A DNA stretch of 64,000 nt from Candidatus Buchananbacteria bacterium (GCA_013359225.1 JABWCG010000002.1:113470-177469), one strand, 5' to 3'; positions 9,858 to 19,158 are shown, counted from the first letter of the stretch. The notes: generated from the sequence alone by a model not told the origin. A program made the numbers and translations.

Positions 9858-10859
9858 ATGAGTTTACCTTTTTTTAGTTATTCAACATTACCGTTGGTGT
9901 TATTAGTGGTCTTGGTAGCCATTATTTTTTTTATGTGGCGTAAGGGTGGAGCAAGTGGCCCATATAATGCTAGTGGTAATGCAACTCCAACTTTAAATCA
10001 GTATGCTAAAGATTTAACCAAAATGGCCGCCGACGGAAAGCTTGATCCGGTGATTGGTCGCAATGAAGAAATTGAACGCGTGATTCAAGTGTTGAGCCGC
10101 CGGACTAAAAATAATCCTGTCTTAGTCGGAAAGTCCGGCGTCGGCAAAACCGCCATCGCTGAAGGTTTGGCACAAATGATTGCCGGAAAGAAAGTGCCAA
10201 AAATTTTAGAAAATAAGAAAGTGCTCGCCCTAGATCTGACCGGTATTATCGCCGGCACAAAGTATCGGGGAGAATTTGAAAAACGGATTAAACAGATTGC
10301 CGACGAGATTACCGCTGCGAAGCGCAGCATCATTTTATTTATTGATGAGATTCATACTTTGGCGGAAGCCGGTGGGGCTGAGGGAGCAATTGACGCCGAT
10401 GACATCTTAAAGCCGGCCTTAGCGCGTGGTGATCTGCAGGTAATTGGCGCAACCACTGCTGAAGAATACAAAAAATTTATTAAAAAAGATGTGACCCTTG
10501 ATCGACGGTTGCATCCAATTTTAGTTGATGAGCCGACCAAGGAAGAAACCGTTAAAATTTTAGAGGGAATTAAGCGCAAGTATGAGCAGTTTCATAAAGT
10601 GAACATTACCAAAGAAGCAATCTTAGCGGCGGTTCATTTGGCTGAACAGCATATTAAGAATAAATCATTTCCAGATAAAGCAATTGATTTAATGGATGAA
10701 GCGGCGTCGAAGGTCAGCATTGAAAATGTTACTGATGAATCAACTGCTAAAAAAACAACGTCCCAAAAGAGGCTGGCGGATAAAAAATCATGGCCGCAGG
10801 TTGGCGTAGCGGAGGTGCAGGAGGTAATGCAGGAGTGGCAGGAAAATAAATTTTTATAA
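9858..10859 (+). CDS. Membrane-anchored ClpA/ClpB-type AAA+ ATPase with a single D1 module; no N-domain, M-domain or D2
   Basis: There is an N-terminal TM helix ([17 protein letters not shown]). The protein matches ClpB D1 ([40 protein letters not shown]; Walker [11 protein letters not shown]) and ends just after the D1 small domain. Confidence 0.6.
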   Translation: MSLPFFSYSTLPLVLLVVLVAIIFFMWRKGGASGPYNASGNATPTLNQYAKDLTKMAADGKLDPVIGRNEEIERVIQVLSRRTKNNPVLVGKSGVGKTAIAEGLAQMIAGKKVPKILENKKVLALDLTGIIAGTKYRGEFEKRIKQIADEITAAKRSIILFIDEIHTLAEAGGAEGAIDADDILKPALARGDLQVIGATTAEEYKKFIKKDVTLDRRLHPILVDEPTKEETVKILEGIKRKYEQFHKVNITKEAILAAVHLAEQHIKNKSFPDKAIDLMDEAASKVSIENVTDESTAKKTTSQKRLADKKSWPQVGVAEVQEVMQEWQENKFL

Positions 10860-10874
10860 ATTGTTACTATTTTA

Positions 10875-11495
10875 ATGTCTAAGACTAAATCGGCACTATT
10901 AAACACCCTCGGCTTGTTCTTTTTATTTTATGGCGTTTATGCTATTGATTATTCGGTATATCGTGATCATTGGTCGTGGGTTTTTTGGATTTGTTATATC
11001 GGCTTGGTAATTATGGGTGCGGCAATATTATTGCGGAATTCAATGGTAATTATCAGTCAATTATATATTTTAACTATTCCACTATTAATTTGGCTGACTG
11101 ATTTTTTTTCGCGCGTTTTTACCGGACACCATTGGTTTGGAACCACAGATTATTTCTTTGAAGAATTATTATTACCGGCCCGGATTATCTCGCTGGAACA
11201 TTTTTTCCTTTTGCCCTTGGGGTATGTGGCATTTTGGGCTTTGGGAGCAAAAGCTAAGGGGGCGTGGGTCATTAGTATTATTGAGGTGGCAGTCATATAT
11301 TTTATGGTCAGATTATTCACCGACGCTGTCCAAAACGTTAACTGTGTTTTTGAGTCGTGCTTTCCTTCAGTTCCGTCCGACGCGCTTTATCCAATTCGTT
11401 GGTTTGCAATAATTCTAGGGATGATTTTAATTACCTGGTTTTTAAATTTCATGGTACTTTATTTAACTAAAAAAATTAACTATAATAAAAAATAG
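10875..11495 (+). CDS. Hypothetical polytopic membrane protein
   Basis: It has 5-6 predicted TM helices and no recognisable family. Confidence 0.4.
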   Translation: MSKTKSALLNTLGLFFLFYGVYAIDYSVYRDHWSWVFWICYIGLVIMGAAILLRNSMVIISQLYILTIPLLIWLTDFFSRVFTGHHWFGTTDYFFEELLLPARIISLEHFFLLPLGYVAFWALGAKAKGAWVISIIEVAVIYFMVRLFTDAVQNVNCVFESCFPSVPSDALYPIRWFAIILGMILITWFLNFMVLYLTKKINYNKK

Positions 11496-11520
11496 GTTTG
11501 GAAAATAACTAATAAATTTT

Positions 11521-12396
11521 ATGAACCAACAAAACGATTTGCAAACTAAAGTAAAATCTCGGGTAAGCAGCAAAGTGGTCCTGGCGGGTATTGCCATTGC
11601 CACGCTGGTTGGTGTTTCGCTGGTTACTGCCAGTCTGGTAACTCCGGCCGGTACCGGAAATTTTTATGCCGGCAGCGGTGATATCAAACTCCCGCCGCCA
11701 AAGCCGGCTTGTCCGGTGGGAGGTTATGCGGAGAATGGAAAGTATGTTTATATTTGTGAAGAGGACGGTACGGCTGCTCGACATACGTGTGATAAAAGAT
11801 TAGAAGATGCTAATGGTGTTGAGTTGTATCGCTGTTTAGATTCAAGTGGCAATACAGACAATGATCAGGTGTGTTGCTTGGAGGAAGCTCCTACGTGTCC
11901 GGCGAATTATTCCATTTGTGGCAAAGACGCTGGTGCTGTCTGTTGTAGTGCTAATGAAACTTGTGAATCTAAAAAATGGCCACCGGTTGTGGGGGATACA
12001 ATTTATTTTTGTAAACCAAAAACGTGTCCCGATCCGGCGAGGCCAAAATTGTGCACCGGTAGCACCAATAATGCTTGTTGTGCAAGTACCGATAGCTGCG
12101 GCACGAGCGGCATTGGTATTGCATACTGTAAGCCCACAGGCTGCACTGATCCAAACTGTGGTGATATCTGTTGTACTGATAATGAAATTTGTGTGACCAA
12201 AACTGGCACACCTCCAGTTTGTCAGCCAAAAGATCCTTCATCTTGTGATACCGATGGGGTTGATAATGTCCCTGGTAATAATGATGATCAAGAGTATTGT
12301 CAGGGAAGGGGTGAGTATGCCGAAAGAAAACGTTGTTGTCCGGTCCGTACTTGTTTTGTAATGCCTAATGGATATCCGCAATGTAAGACAAATTAA
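11521..12396 (+). CDS. Cysteine-rich secreted or anchored protein with a distinctive N-terminal leader (TM helix followed by TPAGTGNFYAGSG)
   Basis: It has about 40 Cys residues and a CCx5-6C motif repeated five times. The N-terminal 60 residues are shared with the product of 13547..14629. Confidence 0.5.
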   Translation: MNQQNDLQTKVKSRVSSKVVLAGIAIATLVGVSLVTASLVTPAGTGNFYAGSGDIKLPPPKPACPVGGYAENGKYVYICEEDGTAARHTCDKRLEDANGVELYRCLDSSGNTDNDQVCCLEEAPTCPANYSICGKDAGAVCCSANETCESKKWPPVVGDTIYFCKPKTCPDPARPKLCTGSTNNACCASTDSCGTSGIGIAYCKPTGCTDPNCGDICCTDNEICVTKTGTPPVCQPKDPSSCDTDGVDNVPGNNDDQEYCQGRGEYAERKRCCPVRTCFVMPNGYPQCKTN

Positions 12397-12404
12397 ATTT
12401 GTTT

Positions 12405-12450
12405 TAGAAATAGAGCCCGCTAAAGCATAGTGCTTAGCGGGCTCTTTGGT
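12405..12450. terminator. Bidirectional rho-independent terminator between convergent genes
   Basis: There is a perfect hairpin GAGCCCGCTAAAGCA/TGCTTAGCGGGCTC, followed by a T-rich run. Confidence 0.6.
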
Positions 12451-12462
12451 TTTCGGGGGGGG

Positions 12463-13374
12463 TTATTTAAGCAAAGCCCATTTGACAGGCCCTGCAAGCT
12501 CTTTGGCAGTTTGGACAAGAAAGACCTTGTCGCGAATGCTTAGTTCCTGAAGGTTGATCCAGGGAAACAAGTTGACGAACTTTATTCCAAGCTCATCGAG
12601 GTTCTCCTGGGTCCAGGCTTGCTGGTTGAACTGAGTGAGTGCTTCTTGTTGTGGCGGGGTCAAATCGTTGGGAATTGATTCCCAGACTTTGTAGTACTGA
12701 GAAGCTTGGTTGCTGATGATATTGGTGCTGACGCCGATGTCTTGGAGCGCTTGGAGGCGCTTGATGATGTCGGCGGTGTTGCCGACTGTCAGCCAGGTGA
12801 ACCCGGCACCAGAAATTTCGGGGCCGTTTTCCCATTGCTTCTCTCCGTACTTGACGGAGGTGTAGTAGCAACGAACTGCCGTCCAGCGCCCATCCTGATT
12901 GACTTCAGTAACCGTTGACAGCTCGTAGTCGCCAAGTTTCGGCGAGTTGAACGCGATGTTCATGCCGTTAAGGTCGCACCAGGCCACCCAGACCGTTTCC
13001 GTTGTCGAAGCTTTGACTTTCTCTTGTTCGTTGGCGATGACAACTGCCAACGGCTTAGGTTCCGGGTAAATCGGATATGCGTCCGAGCATTCCCCGGGTT
13101 TCGGATTCGGGTTGCCGCGACCGCAACGGATCTTGGATTCACGGTGCGAGTCCAGCAGGAGTGCGGTACCCCAGCCAAGCAGTTCAACGGCTTGCGGGTT
13201 TTTGGTTTCAGCCTTTGTGACAGCGGCTGTTAACTGTTTGACGAACATTTCGTCGGAGATGTTGGTTGGGCGCTCGGCAGCAAAGCTTGCCAAGCATAGC
13301 GTGCAGGTGAAACCTGCAAGAACTAACGTCTTCATCTTAAATATCCTTCCCCATGGAAAGTGGCTTGTAACCAT
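12463..13374 (-). CDS. Secreted hypothetical protein encoded by a compositionally atypical, GC-rich gene
   Basis: It has the signal peptide MKTLVLAGFTCTLCLASFAA. A sampled ~76-nt stretch of the gene is about 62% GC, against about 40% for the neighbouring sequence. I recognise no domain. Confidence 0.5.
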   Translation of the reverse strand: MVTSHFPWGRIFKMKTLVLAGFTCTLCLASFAAERPTNISDEMFVKQLTAAVTKAETKNPQAVELLGWGTALLLDSHRESKIRCGRGNPNPKPGECSDAYPIYPEPKPLAVVIANEQEKVKASTTETVWVAWCDLNGMNIAFNSPKLGDYELSTVTEVNQDGRWTAVRCYYTSVKYGEKQWENGPEISGAGFTWLTVGNTADIIKRLQALQDIGVSTNIISNQASQYYKVWESIPNDLTPPQQEALTQFNQQAWTQENLDELGIKFVNLFPWINLQELSIRDKVFLVQTAKELAGPVKWALLK

Positions 13375-13477
13375 AATTCACAACAGGTGAATAATGGTTT
13401 TCAAGACCGTTGTAGGGTACATTTTCTATAGTATATATTATACTATATATTCATTTTTTTGTCAATAGTAAGACAAT

Positions 13478-13516
13478 ATAATTAAAAACACCTGCTAGTT
13501 ATAGCAAGTGTTTTTA
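13478..13516. terminator. Hairpin terminator downstream of the 13547..14629 gene
   Basis: ACACCTGCTAGTTATAGCAAGTGTTTTT lies in an AT-rich spacer. Confidence 0.4.
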
Positions 13517-13546
13517 AACGACTAAAATTTATTGTTGATTATATTA

Positions 13547-14629
13547 TTATAAATCGCCGCAACTAGAAAAATTACAATTAATGTAATAGCAGGCCTTGTT
13601 GTCCGGATTGTTGGTGCCGCGAGTTTTTTCATCAACGTGAACTAACTGGGTTGAGCCGGCTTGGCCACAAATATTTTTTTCGGTGACATTGCATTCGCGT
13701 AAGACATTTAGGCCGGAAGCGGCACCCCTAATTTTTGTTTCGGCGGTAGCAGCGTCGCCAGTGCAGCCGCTACCGGCTGAAGTGGCAGCGCCGGCACAAG
13801 CGATATCTGCAGCTTGTCCGGTGTCGTGCGCGCTTTTGTTTTCATTGTTCCAATCGCTGAAGGGGACAAATTTATCGTCTTCATCACCGCGGTAACTGCT
13901 GTTGAGTACGCAGCTAGCTGGCAGTGATTCGCACTTGGGTGGTGCGCCGTACATTTTGCTGTACATTTTTGCAACCTTTCTTAAGAAGGTGTGAACGCCG
14001 GTAACATCTTTACCGCCGATACCAACCGTGTAAAGCTTTCGCGCTGGATCAGCAGAAGTGTTGGCATTGTTATCGGTTGCTGCGCCGTCATAATTTCCGG
14101 CGCTGTAAACAGGGCAGGCGCAATCAATGTGGACTGCAATCATGAACTTAAATTGTTTTTCCATATCAGTTTGGCTGATGTTGCCGTCGTTTAGCGCATC
14201 AATCAATCCGGCGCGTAGACTAATGACATCACTTAAGGCGGAGCTTTTTTCAATATCAGTGGCATTACAATCGCAAGAGCTTTCATCTCGTTCGCCTTGT
14301 CCGGCAATGTCTGGGCAAAATGCATACCAATTAGTGTTAGGATCGTTGTCAGTTGCTCGAGCTTTGCAATTGTCTCTGGTAGTATGATCGCCATTATCGC
14401 CAAATAATCCTAACCCCGTAACGCACCAACCAGAAACGGGGATTGGGATATTACTGAGATTAATGTTGCCGCTGCCGGCGTAAAAATTACCAACTCCTCC
14501 GGGAGTTAAAAGAGAAGCAGTCACCAGAGAAGCGGCGGCAATGATTATGATTATTACTGAGGTAATAACAACCCTATTATTAACTTTAGTTGTTGAAGTT
14601 ACCTTTAGTTTTGGTTTTTTGGAAATCAT
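13547..14629 (-). CDS. Cysteine-rich secreted or anchored protein; a paralogous leader (TM helix followed by TPGGVGNFYAGSG) with a different Cys-rich body
   Basis: Its N-terminus '...SLVTASLLTPGGVGNFYAGSGNINL' nearly matches that of 11521..12396. The body is Cys/Asp/Asn-rich. Confidence 0.5.
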   Translation of the reverse strand: MISKKPKLKVTSTTKVNNRVVITSVIIIIIAAASLVTASLLTPGGVGNFYAGSGNINLSNIPIPVSGWCVTGLGLFGDNGDHTTRDNCKARATDNDPNTNWYAFCPDIAGQGERDESSCDCNATDIEKSSALSDVISLRAGLIDALNDGNISQTDMEKQFKFMIAVHIDCACPVYSAGNYDGAATDNNANTSADPARKLYTVGIGGKDVTGVHTFLRKVAKMYSKMYGAPPKCESLPASCVLNSSYRGDEDDKFVPFSDWNNENKSAHDTGQAADIACAGAATSAGSGCTGDAATAETKIRGAASGLNVLRECNVTEKNICGQAGSTQLVHVDEKTRGTNNPDNKACYYINCNFSSCGDL

Positions 14630-14689
14630 ACATATTTCCTTAATTTGTTAATACTGTTTTAAGTATATCATAATCTTGACAAATTTAAA

Positions 14690-15140
14690 AAAGTATGCTA
14701 AGGTGTCTTTGTTGATGCTGGGGAAACCCTGCAAACTTGGAAAAATACCTTGTGGCTTTGCTCAAGGTATTTTTCTTTTTGTGATAATTTTTTGACAATT
14801 TTCTTTTTTTAAGCTAAATACTACTTGTATCTTTCTTCCTGGTCTTTGGAGCAATCCTTGGCCGGGAGGATTTGCGGATACGCATTTGCCCCACTGGGCG
14901 TGCGGAAGTCAACGTAAGCGACCGGGATTTTCAGGTCGTCGAAACTTCCACATCACTCATGCGGACGGGCAACCCGCTCGGAAGAAAATCGGCCCATCGG
15001 CGGCAGCATTAACTGGCTCAAATTCGGTTAACGTTGCCGCCACTATTTATTATCGGTTGCCAGATTCATTCCATTTTGTTATGATTTGTTTGCGGCTTGA
15101 AAGAAGCACCCTAGCATCAACAAAGTTTCGGGGTTTAACT
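14690..15140 (+). ncRNA. Candidate structured non-coding region, closed by a ~17-bp long-range helix and containing several strong hairpins
   Basis: 14706-14722 (CTTTGTTGATGCTGGGG) is complementary to 15110-15126 (CCCTAGCATCAACAAAG). Internal hairpins include GGCGGCAGC...GTTGCCGCC and a GNRA-loop stem (UGCUGGGGAAACCCUGCA). Its GC content is higher than the AT-rich flanks, and there is no credible ORF. Confidence 0.25.
14739..14781 (+). terminator. Intrinsic-terminator-like hairpin on the plus strand
   Basis: GAAAAATACCTTG-TGGCTTTGCT-CAAGGTATTTTTC is followed by TTTTTGTG. No plus-strand protein gene lies upstream, so it may end a small RNA. Confidence 0.3.
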
Positions 15141-15436
15141 TTCTTTCAGCCGCTTTTGTTTTTACTTTTTATTGAAGCGGGGGATTGACAAAATTATTTA
15201 GGCATGCTATACTGTATTTAGATAGATAAGATAGGTTTCTAAGCAAAGCACCTATCTTTTTAAATTAGCCCCAAGATAAACCGCGGGCGAGAAAATAAAA
15301 ACAAAAACAAGTAAATTTCCGACTTTGGCTGCGTTTGATGCAAGCACTGTTTTTAACTCGGTCGTTATCAGTCGGATTTTTTTGTACCTTAAAAAATTAA
15401 ATAGTTTTTAAAAAACTAAAAAATAAAAACAAAAAT

Positions 15437-15577
15437 ATGAATGCTCAAGAACTGTCTCAGGCACAGGATATGGATTTTGACATCACCCGTACGTTCGCGG
15501 TGCTGTCGGCGACGCTGATCTTGCCAGTCTATTTGGCCCTGTCGGTCGTCTCATATTCTATGGCCGCAATCTTATGA
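15437..15577 (+). CDS. 46-aa hydrophobic micro-protein (small ORF), GC-rich
   Basis: It runs from ATG to TGA with one TM helix (MNAQELSQAQDMDFDITRTFAVLSATLILPVYLALSVVSYSMAAIL). It is below the cutoff of the ORF track, and a strong terminator follows it. Confidence 0.25.
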   Translation: MNAQELSQAQDMDFDITRTFAVLSATLILPVYLALSVVSYSMAAIL

Positions 15578-15599
15578 CATAATAATTTTGTTTAGGATG

Positions 15600-15635
15600 C
15601 AAAAAATCCCGCGTTTGTTAGCGGGATTTTTTGCG
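15600..15635. terminator. Bidirectional terminator shared by topA (minus strand) and the small ORF (plus strand)
   Basis: AAAAAATCCCGC-GTTTGTTA-GCGGGATTTTTTG. Confidence 0.6.
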
Positions 15636-15642
15636 TTTGTTT

Positions 15643-17868
15643 TTATCGTTTGTATTTACATTCGCGACTGCTACACTTGATTGAATCTTTTGGTCCATGG
15701 ACTAGAATTGAACCGCAGTCTGGGCATTTTTCTGGCTCACTTTGTCCTTCTTCAATATAAGGTTTGCCCCAGAGCGCGTTTTTACAATCAGGGTACTGAT
15801 CACAGGCGTAGAAGAATCCGCGACGCGACCGTTTACCGACAATTTTACCTTTGCCGCAAGCAGGACAAGTGCCGAACGTTTGGGCCGCTTCTTTTTTGAT
15901 GTATTTACATTTTGGATAGTTTGAACAGCCGACAAATTCGCCGTATCTTCCTTTTCGCTTTACTAACGGATGTTCACATTCCGGACATTTTTCGCCGGTT
16001 TCAACTGGTCCTTGCGGTTCGCCGGTTTCACCATCAAGCGGCTTGGTATTTTTACATTCCGGATATCCGGTGCAGGCTAAAAATTTTCCGTAGCGGCCGA
16101 CTTTAATAACCATTGGTTTGCCACACTTATCACATACCTCGTCGGATGCTTGTTCGGTGAGTTCTTTTTTGGTCAGCTCGCTGTCTTTTTTGTCTAGGTT
16201 TTCTTTGAACGGTTCCCAGAAATTTTTAATAACCGGCTGCCATTCTTTTTTACCTTCCGCCACTTCGTCCAAATCATCTTCCATGTGGGCGGTAAACTGG
16301 TAGTCAACAATTTTAGGGAAGTGTTCGACGAGTAAGTCATTAACCAGAAATGCCATTTCAGTCGGCTTTAATTTTTTTTCTTCCTTTTCAACATAGCCGC
16401 GCTCTTGCACAGTTGAAATAGTTGGAGCGTATGTTGACGGTCGGCCAATGCCGTATTCTTCCAATGCCTTAACCAAGGCTGCTTCCGTATAGCGCGCAGG
16501 TGGTTGGGTAAAATGTTGTAACGGCTTTAGTTCAACAAGGTTCACTGTTTGATTTTCGGAGATATCAGGCAAGATGTTTTCTTTGGTACTGGTTGGATAA
16601 ATTTTTAGAAAGCCGTCGAACTTGATAATTGAACCGGTTGAACGAAAGGTGTAGGGAGTTTTTTGGGCTTTGATGTCGACAGTAGTGTTGTCCATAACGG
16701 CCTCGGCCATCTGACTACTAATCGCGCGTTGCCAGATAAGTTGGTAAAGTTTAAATTGGCGGTCATTGAGATATGGTCGAACGGACGCTGGATCATTTTT
16801 AGCCAAAGTCGGTCTAATGGCTTCGTGAGCTTCCTGGGCTAATTTTGATTTTGCAGAATATTTCTTAATTCCGGCGTGGTACTGCTTGCCAAGCTGAGTA
16901 GTAATATATTCAGCAGCTTCGTCTAAAAATTTCGTTGCTAGATTCAGTGAGTCGGTTCTCATGTAGGTAATCAAACCAACTGAGCCTTCTGATCCAAGTT
17001 CAATACCTTCATAGAGCTGTTGCGCTAGCATCATAGTCTGTTTGGCGGAAAAACCCAGCCGTGAGTTGGCAGCCTGTTGTAAGGTAGAGGTAGTAAACGG
17101 TGGCAGCGCTTTTTTCTTGGTTTGCTTTTTTTCAACCTTTTCAATGACATAGGTGGCCTGTTCTAAATCTTTTAGGATCTTATTGGCTTGCTCCTCATTA
17201 CTGATTTCTAATTTATCAATAACCTTGTCGTCAATCTTATTAAGTTTTGATTCAAAGTTTTGATTATTGGCATTAAAAATGCTTTCAATGCTCCAGTATT
17301 CTTGGGCGTTGAAAGCCTGAATTTCTCGTTCCCGTTCGACGATGAGCCGGACCGCGACTGACTGAACTCGGCCGGCTGACAATCCGCGAGCAACTTTTTT
17401 CCATAAAAATGGGGAAAGTTGATAGCCGACCAGTCGGTCCAAAACGCGCCGGGCTTGTTGGGCGTCAACCAGGTGCAGATCAAGCTCGCGCGGATTTTTT
17501 AGCGCCTCTTTGATTGCGTCTTCGGTGATTTCATGAAAAACGATTCGTTTAATTTTATTTTTTGGGGTTTTAAAAATATTGACCAGGTGCCAAGAGATCG
17601 CTTCACCTTCGCGGTCTTCGTCGGTGGCGAAGTAAATATTTTGGGCTTTGTCGGCTAACTTTTTTAATTCAGTGGCTCGTTTTTTTGATTTAACCGGAAT
17701 GACGTACTGCGGGTCAAAATTATTTTCAATATCAACGCCAAGCTTGCTTTTTGGTAAATCTCGAATATGACCAAAAGAGGATTCGATTTTATAATCGGAT
17801 CCCAAAAATTTTGAAATTGTTTTTGCTTTGGTTGGCGATTCGACAATCACCAAATTTTTGATAGCCAT
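15643..17868 (-). CDS. topA: DNA topoisomerase I with C-terminal zinc-ribbon repeats
   Basis: It has a TOPRIM N-terminus (LVIVESPTKAKTI), the type IA core and four C-terminal C4 Zn ribbons. Confidence 0.9.
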   Translation of the reverse strand: MAIKNLVIVESPTKAKTISKFLGSDYKIESSFGHIRDLPKSKLGVDIENNFDPQYVIPVKSKKRATELKKLADKAQNIYFATDEDREGEAISWHLVNIFKTPKNKIKRIVFHEITEDAIKEALKNPRELDLHLVDAQQARRVLDRLVGYQLSPFLWKKVARGLSAGRVQSVAVRLIVEREREIQAFNAQEYWSIESIFNANNQNFESKLNKIDDKVIDKLEISNEEQANKILKDLEQATYVIEKVEKKQTKKKALPPFTTSTLQQAANSRLGFSAKQTMMLAQQLYEGIELGSEGSVGLITYMRTDSLNLATKFLDEAAEYITTQLGKQYHAGIKKYSAKSKLAQEAHEAIRPTLAKNDPASVRPYLNDRQFKLYQLIWQRAISSQMAEAVMDNTTVDIKAQKTPYTFRSTGSIIKFDGFLKIYPTSTKENILPDISENQTVNLVELKPLQHFTQPPARYTEAALVKALEEYGIGRPSTYAPTISTVQERGYVEKEEKKLKPTEMAFLVNDLLVEHFPKIVDYQFTAHMEDDLDEVAEGKKEWQPVIKNFWEPFKENLDKKDSELTKKELTEQASDEVCDKCGKPMVIKVGRYGKFLACTGYPECKNTKPLDGETGEPQGPVETGEKCPECEHPLVKRKGRYGEFVGCSNYPKCKYIKKEAAQTFGTCPACGKGKIVGKRSRRGFFYACDQYPDCKNALWGKPYIEEGQSEPEKCPDCGSILVHGPKDSIKCSSRECKYKR

Positions 17869-19158
17869 TTAGATTTTCCTTTCTTTTAAAATTTGTTGTT
17901 CGCTACGCCAATTTTTTCTTAACTGGCCGGCGAGGTAAAACGAACCGGTAACTAAGACTAAATCATTTTTTGTTGCCTGACTCAGGGCTGATTCAAGCGC
18001 CATTTGCGGATCTAAAAATACCTTTATTTTTTTCGGACACTTGAGCGCGTCGCCTAATTTTTTTGGTGGGTAGGCCTTTCGATGCAGCGATAATTGTCTG
18101 GTGATAAATATTTTATGAGCGTGTTTACTGATCTCGCCGAATACTTCTTTAGGATTTCGCTCTTTAGTTAAGGCAATAATAAGATAAAGCTTTTTATATG
18201 TCAAATGTTTGATAATTTCAAGTGTCGTTTTAATTTTTGATTCATTGTGGGCGCCGTCCAAAATAACTAGCGGATTTTTTTGGATGATTTCGGTTCGGCA
18301 AGACATGGTTACGTTTTTCAAACCGGTACTGATGTGCCGGTCTGAAATGCCAAGGGTACGGGCAACTTGTGCGGCCAATTCGGCATTATACTGTTGATGT
18401 TGTCCTAATAATTTAAGCGGGTAGCGCTTCGCGGGCGCGTCAACCAGGTTAAAATATGCCTTTTGTTTTTTACAGGCTTGGCTTATAATTTTTAGCGCTT
18501 CAGGTGCATTGTAGGCAACAGTAAACAGTTTCGTTTTTGGTTTGATTATTGCTGCTTTTTCCCGGGTAATGCTCTTAATATCGTTGCCTAAAATTTCGGT
18601 ATGATCAAAACCAATTTTATTAATTACGGTAACAGCAGGTGAATCAATAATATTGGTGGCGTCATGCCGGCCGCCCAAACCAACCTCTAGGACGACATAC
18701 TCACATTTTTTTTCTTTAAAATATAAAAAGCCAATAGCGGTGAATATCTCAAAATATGAAGGTCGACCGTAGCGCGACTTAAGATAGGTTTGATCAATAG
18801 CTGGTTTTATTTTTTCAACTAGTGCGGCAAACTCATCAGGGCTAATGAGGCGGTTATTAACTTTAATTTTTTCAATTGAAGTGGTCGGAAACGGGGAAGT
18901 AAAAAGGCCGGTCGTGTTTCCGGCAGCAACCAAAATTGATTGAATCATGTTGGATACAGAACCTTTGCCGGAGGTGCCACCAACGTGGATGTATTTTAGT
19001 CCTTTCTGGGGATTACCCAGAACATTAAGGAGGTATTTAGTTCGTTTTAAAAAAATGCTCCGGCCACCTTTTTTTACAAAATAGTCATCTTGGGAGATAT
19101 TGGTGATGGACTCAAGATATTGAACGGCGGAAAAGTATTTTTCAAAGTTGTTTTTCAT
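17869..19158 (-). CDS. folC: Folylpolyglutamate synthase/dihydrofolate synthase (Mur ligase family)
   Basis: It has the Mur-ligase P-loop 'HVGGTSGKGSV' and a C-terminal Mur ligase domain. Confidence 0.8.
   Translation of the reverse strand: MKNNFEKYFSAVQYLESITNISQDDYFVKKGGRSIFLKRTKYLLNVLGNPQKGLKYIHVGGTSGKGSVSNMIQSILVAAGNTTGLFTSPFPTTSIEKIKVNNRLISPDEFAALVEKIKPAIDQTYLKSRYGRPSYFEIFTAIGFLYFKEKKCEYVVLEVGLGGRHDATNIIDSPAVTVINKIGFDHTEILGNDIKSITREKAAIIKPKTKLFTVAYNAPEALKIISQACKKQKAYFNLVDAPAKRYPLKLLGQHQQYNAELAAQVARTLGISDRHISTGLKNVTMSCRTEIIQKNPLVILDGAHNESKIKTTLEIIKHLTYKKLYLIIALTKERNPKEVFGEISKHAHKIFITRQLSLHRKAYPPKKLGDALKCPKKIKVFLDPQMALESALSQATKNDLVLVTGSFYLAGQLRKNWRSEQQILKERKI

Noticed and set aside
14886-15188. 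100-aa ORF in the ORF track
   Set aside because: It has no RBS and a low-complexity, Arg-rich translation, and it lies inside the structured non-coding region. It is most likely spurious.
14830-15190. Considered whether the GC-rich non-coding stretch is RNase P RNA, tmRNA or SRP RNA
   Set aside because: I checked by eye for the RNase P P4 strands (GGAAAGUCCGGGC / ACAGAACCCGGCUUA), the tRNA-like GGGG...CCACCA ends and tag-peptide frame of tmRNA, and the SRP domain-IV consensus. None is present beyond short chance similarities (for example GUAAGCGACC). It is left as an unclassified structured region.
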